Positions 61,309-64,000 of a stretch of 64,000 nt of DNA are shown piece by piece (within the stretch, counting starts at the first letter, position 1; the number at the start of each line of letters is the position of its first letter). Origin of the DNA: Nitrospirales bacterium (GTDB lineage Bacteria > Nitrospirota > Nitrospiria > Nitrospirales > UBA8639); assembly GCA_965223185.1 (NCBI GenBank), contig OZ244988.1, positions 2,500,613 to 2,564,612 of the forward strand, given 5' to 3'. The position numbers and the translations under genes are program-made. Below the pieces are notes generated by a model. It was not told the origin of the DNA, ran no database searches, and worked only from the letters and a program-made list of their open reading frames with translations.

Positions 61309-63885
61309 ATGAGTAAATTAATTGATGCATTAAATCGGCTGCAAACTTTAAACGATAAAGCTCCTAAAGTTTTACCCAAGACTCCGGAAACAGTGACGCC
61401 AGAGGTCGCATCGGTTTCACCGTCTCTCACGGAATCTGAGCCAGCGCGACAGAAGAGAACCTCTAAGGCATCCGTTTGTGCGGAGAAGCCACTGTTCAAT
61501 ATGGTTGTCAACGATTGGCTCGGTGTCCTTGAACAAGATTATTTAAGAAATTTTGTTCGAGAAGGTGGCGGGGCAATCAAAGTTGCCGTTTTTCCTGATC
61601 AGAATTCTTTGCAAGATTGTCAGAAGGCATTAGGGTCTTTGGCCCAGGAACAAGCCTATGTTTTTGCAAAAGTAGATGCCCGATTTACCAAAATGCATAT
61701 GGTGGAGCGGTTATTTCATAAAATTGCCAAGCAGATCGATTGGGATGATTTGGCTTATCGGTTTGTACTCAGGTTGTTAGAAGAACATGGGTATCACATT
61801 CCGTCAAAACGCAATGATTTTTCGTTGAGGCAGGTGGCTGCGTTAAATGAGCGAAAAGAGCCCATGCTGCGTCGTGACGTTCAGACCTGGTTGGAAAAGT
61901 CCATTGAAGGGGACATGGGCCTCTGTCGCGAATTTCGCATGGCCATGATCCATTTATGCTTGGCACAATTTGATGCTGGTGATTCTGATCGAGTGTTAGC
62001 GACGTCAGTGAAAGAATGGCTTTGCGGAGACCTTCGTCTTGTTTCAAGAGTCAAAAAGGCTCTGATCTATCAAAAGGTTGCTCGCCACAATGCCCGTCAT
62101 ATGTTGACCTCCTTAACCAGGTGGCTGCGGTTAACTGGAAAGGGTGGGCTCATTCTGACTCTCGATATATCCCGATATTTTGGTAATCGTCAAGAATCTC
62201 TAACCGATAGCTCATTGACTTTTACCCCGTCAGCCACAATGGATTTGTTTGAATTGCTCCGTCAATTTTTAGACGCGGCGGATGAAATTGAAGGCTTGTT
62301 GATGGTGGTCTTGGCTCCAGAAGAATTTTTGACCGATTCTCGTCGAGGTGTTGATCGTTATGAGGCGTTGAAATTGCGAGTCTGGGATGATATTCGACCA
62401 AAGCATAGACAGAACCCCCTTGCTTCTTTGGTGAGACTTCAGGGATCGGAACTCAAAAATGATGGGTTGATATCATTGGCTCCTCCACAGGTTCAGGGGC
62501 ATAACATGGTGCCAGATGTAGAAGCCCGGCGTGTGGTCGAAGGTCTCCGAGCCGGGGTGCCCAATAAGTCTGTTGTCACGGCCTTAGGTTGTTTGCAGCC
62601 TGAGGTGGAAGGGCGGTTTCGACGACTGTTGGAAGCGACCCAACAAAACATAACGTCTAGTGCCTGTCCCCGAGGCATGATACTGGAGGGAGATTTTGGG
62701 AGTGGAAAATCGCATGTACTTGAGTATTTACAGCACTTAGCCTTAGATGCCAATTTTATCTGTAGTCGTATTGTTATTAGTAAGGAAACTCCACTCTACC
62801 ATCCTGTCCGACTCTTTTATTCAGCGATTGAATCGGCAGTGGTTCCGAATAAACAAGGTGAGGTATTTGCTGAAATTGCCGGAGAGTGTGATGTGTGGAC
62901 TCCTCGATATAAAGAGCTCGTCGCGTGGGTCAATGACCCGGCTAATCACGTTGATGCGCGATTTGCGGCAACCCTCTTACTCTACGAACGGATGAGTTCA
63001 GATATGGAGTTAGGTCATCGGATGGCCAGATTTTGGACCGGTGATCCCATTGGGGTTGGTGAATTAAAACGATTTCTGCAAGAGGCTGGTTTTGGTGGCC
63101 ACTATATATTCGGTCGAGTGGCCGCTTCCGACTTGGCCTTGCAACGGTTCCAATTTGCCGCTCGCCTAATGCAGGCGGCTGGTTATGCCGGATGGATTCT
63201 TTTGATAGATGAGGCCGAACTGATTGGTCGCTATTCAGTCAATCAACGTGCGAAGTCCTATGCAGAAGTGGCCAGATTGATGAATATGGTTGATGGGCAA
63301 AGACTTCCCGGGCTCGGGACGGTTATGGCGTTAACGAATGATTTCCGCGATGAAATTTTGGAGAAAAAAGGCGATAGGGTAAAATTGTTAGAGAAACTCC
63401 GAAATACCCAAGCTGAAAAAGATCGAGTCCTAGCCGACAAAGCTGAAACGGGAATGAACCTACTCCAATCGCAACGTATTCCCCTTGGCCTGCCCTCTTC
63501 AGAAACCATTCAAGAGGTCTTTCATATTGTTCGCGGGTTGCATCTCAAGGGGCATGGCTGGCATATGTGGGAACAAGGTATTGAGGAGTCAGCAAAAATT
63601 GTGACCGGAACAAGTATGAGAAAATACGTGAAAACCTGGGTTACGGAATGGGACCTTTTACGACTCTATCCAGGCGAAGAATGTGAAATTGAAGCTTCCT
63701 CATGGAAACCCTCGTTAGAGGAGCCCCAGGATCATTCGAATAGACCTGTGGTTGAGTCAAGTCAATCTGAATTAGCGAGTGATGTTCCTACAGAAATCAG
63801 AGTCACACCTGAAGAGCGAGCTGAATTAATGGCTCCTGCCATGGCGACAGAGGGCACATCTTCCGATACACCTTCTTCTTCATAA
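61309..63885 (+). CDS. Large P-loop NTPase, BrxD/DUF2791-like in its C-terminal half
   Basis: Walker A GDFGSGKSH and Walker B ILLIDEAE. The preceding VEGLRAGVPNKSVVTALGCLQPEVEGRFRRLL matches my recollection of the DUF2791 (BrxD) layout. The N-terminal ~400 aa are unassigned. Confidence 0.6.
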   Translation: MSKLIDALNRLQTLNDKAPKVLPKTPETVTPEVASVSPSLTESEPARQKRTSKASVCAEKPLFNMVVNDWLGVLEQDYLRNFVREGGGAIKVAVFPDQNSLQDCQKALGSLAQEQAYVFAKVDARFTKMHMVERLFHKIAKQIDWDDLAYRFVLRLLEEHGYHIPSKRNDFSLRQVAALNERKEPMLRRDVQTWLEKSIEGDMGLCREFRMAMIHLCLAQFDAGDSDRVLATSVKEWLCGDLRLVSRVKKALIYQKVARHNARHMLTSLTRWLRLTGKGGLILTLDISRYFGNRQESLTDSSLTFTPSATMDLFELLRQFLDAADEIEGLLMVVLAPEEFLTDSRRGVDRYEALKLRVWDDIRPKHRQNPLASLVRLQGSELKNDGLISLAPPQVQGHNMVPDVEARRVVEGLRAGVPNKSVVTALGCLQPEVEGRFRRLLEATQQNITSSACPRGMILEGDFGSGKSHVLEYLQHLALDANFICSRIVISKETPLYHPVRLFYSAIESAVVPNKQGEVFAEIAGECDVWTPRYKELVAWVNDPANHVDARFAATLLLYERMSSDMELGHRMARFWTGDPIGVGELKRFLQEAGFGGHYIFGRVAASDLALQRFQFAARLMQAAGYAGWILLIDEAELIGRYSVNQRAKSYAEVARLMNMVDGQRLPGLGTVMALTNDFRDEILEKKGDRVKLLEKLRNTQAEKDRVLADKAETGMNLLQSQRIPLGLPSSETIQEVFHIVRGLHLKGHGWHMWEQGIEESAKIVTGTSMRKYVKTWVTEWDLLRLYPGEECEIEASSWKPSLEEPQDHSNRPVVESSQSELASDVPTEIRVTPEERAELMAPAMATEGTSSDTPSSS

Positions 63886-64000
63886 CCAGATGGGTTTGGC
63901 AATAAGCGCAATTTCTGTGCTAGGCTAAATCTGTAGTCCTGTAAATTTTTCTACTACCTAAGATTTCCAGGTATCCTCAAATTCTTTTTTCTAACCTTAA

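Overview
This is a bacterial chromosomal window of moderate GC. I cannot assign a taxon from the sequence alone.

Layout, left to right:
- 1-3040: a partial O-methyltransferase and small genes.
- 3059-6540: a roughly 3 kb AT-rich cassette carrying phd/parE and an orphan ORF, bracketed by inverted composite palindromic repeats.
- 6555-13465: core metabolism. A non-classical sdhA-sdhB-sdhE(HdrB-like) operon, citrate synthase and lipA.
- 13647-50181: the dominant feature, a locus of about 36 kb. Two paralogous giant repetitive proteins (1239 aa on the minus strand, about 4965 aa on the plus strand) share three parts: an N-terminal LEPRIMFDGA motif with a DUF4347-like domain, a Pro-rich linker, and a C-terminal double-TM anchor.
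  - Each giant gene overlaps, through an ATGA stop/start, a membrane sensor with a paralogous input module. One sensor is a hybrid histidine kinase followed by a REC-GGDEF(degenerate)-EAL protein and an EAL-HDOD protein. The other is a PAS-GGDEF cyclase.
  - Between the giants lie a TolC-like lipoprotein, two HlyD-like adaptors and an intact M50 (site-2-protease-like) membrane protein fused to an HlyD-like domain. No ABC, RND or MFS pump is present.
  - A stretch dense in toxin-antitoxin genes with REP-like repeat arrays also lies between the giants.
  - The larger giant gene contains 12 apparently identical 357-bp in-frame tandem repeats.
- 50232-59671: housekeeping and unknown-function genes, ending in glnS.
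- 59672-64000: an AT-rich gap, then a WEFLRR-motif regulator-like gene and an 858-aa BrxD/DUF2791-like P-loop protein at the window edge.

All product calls rest on motifs read from the translations and on remembered family signatures. No database search was run.
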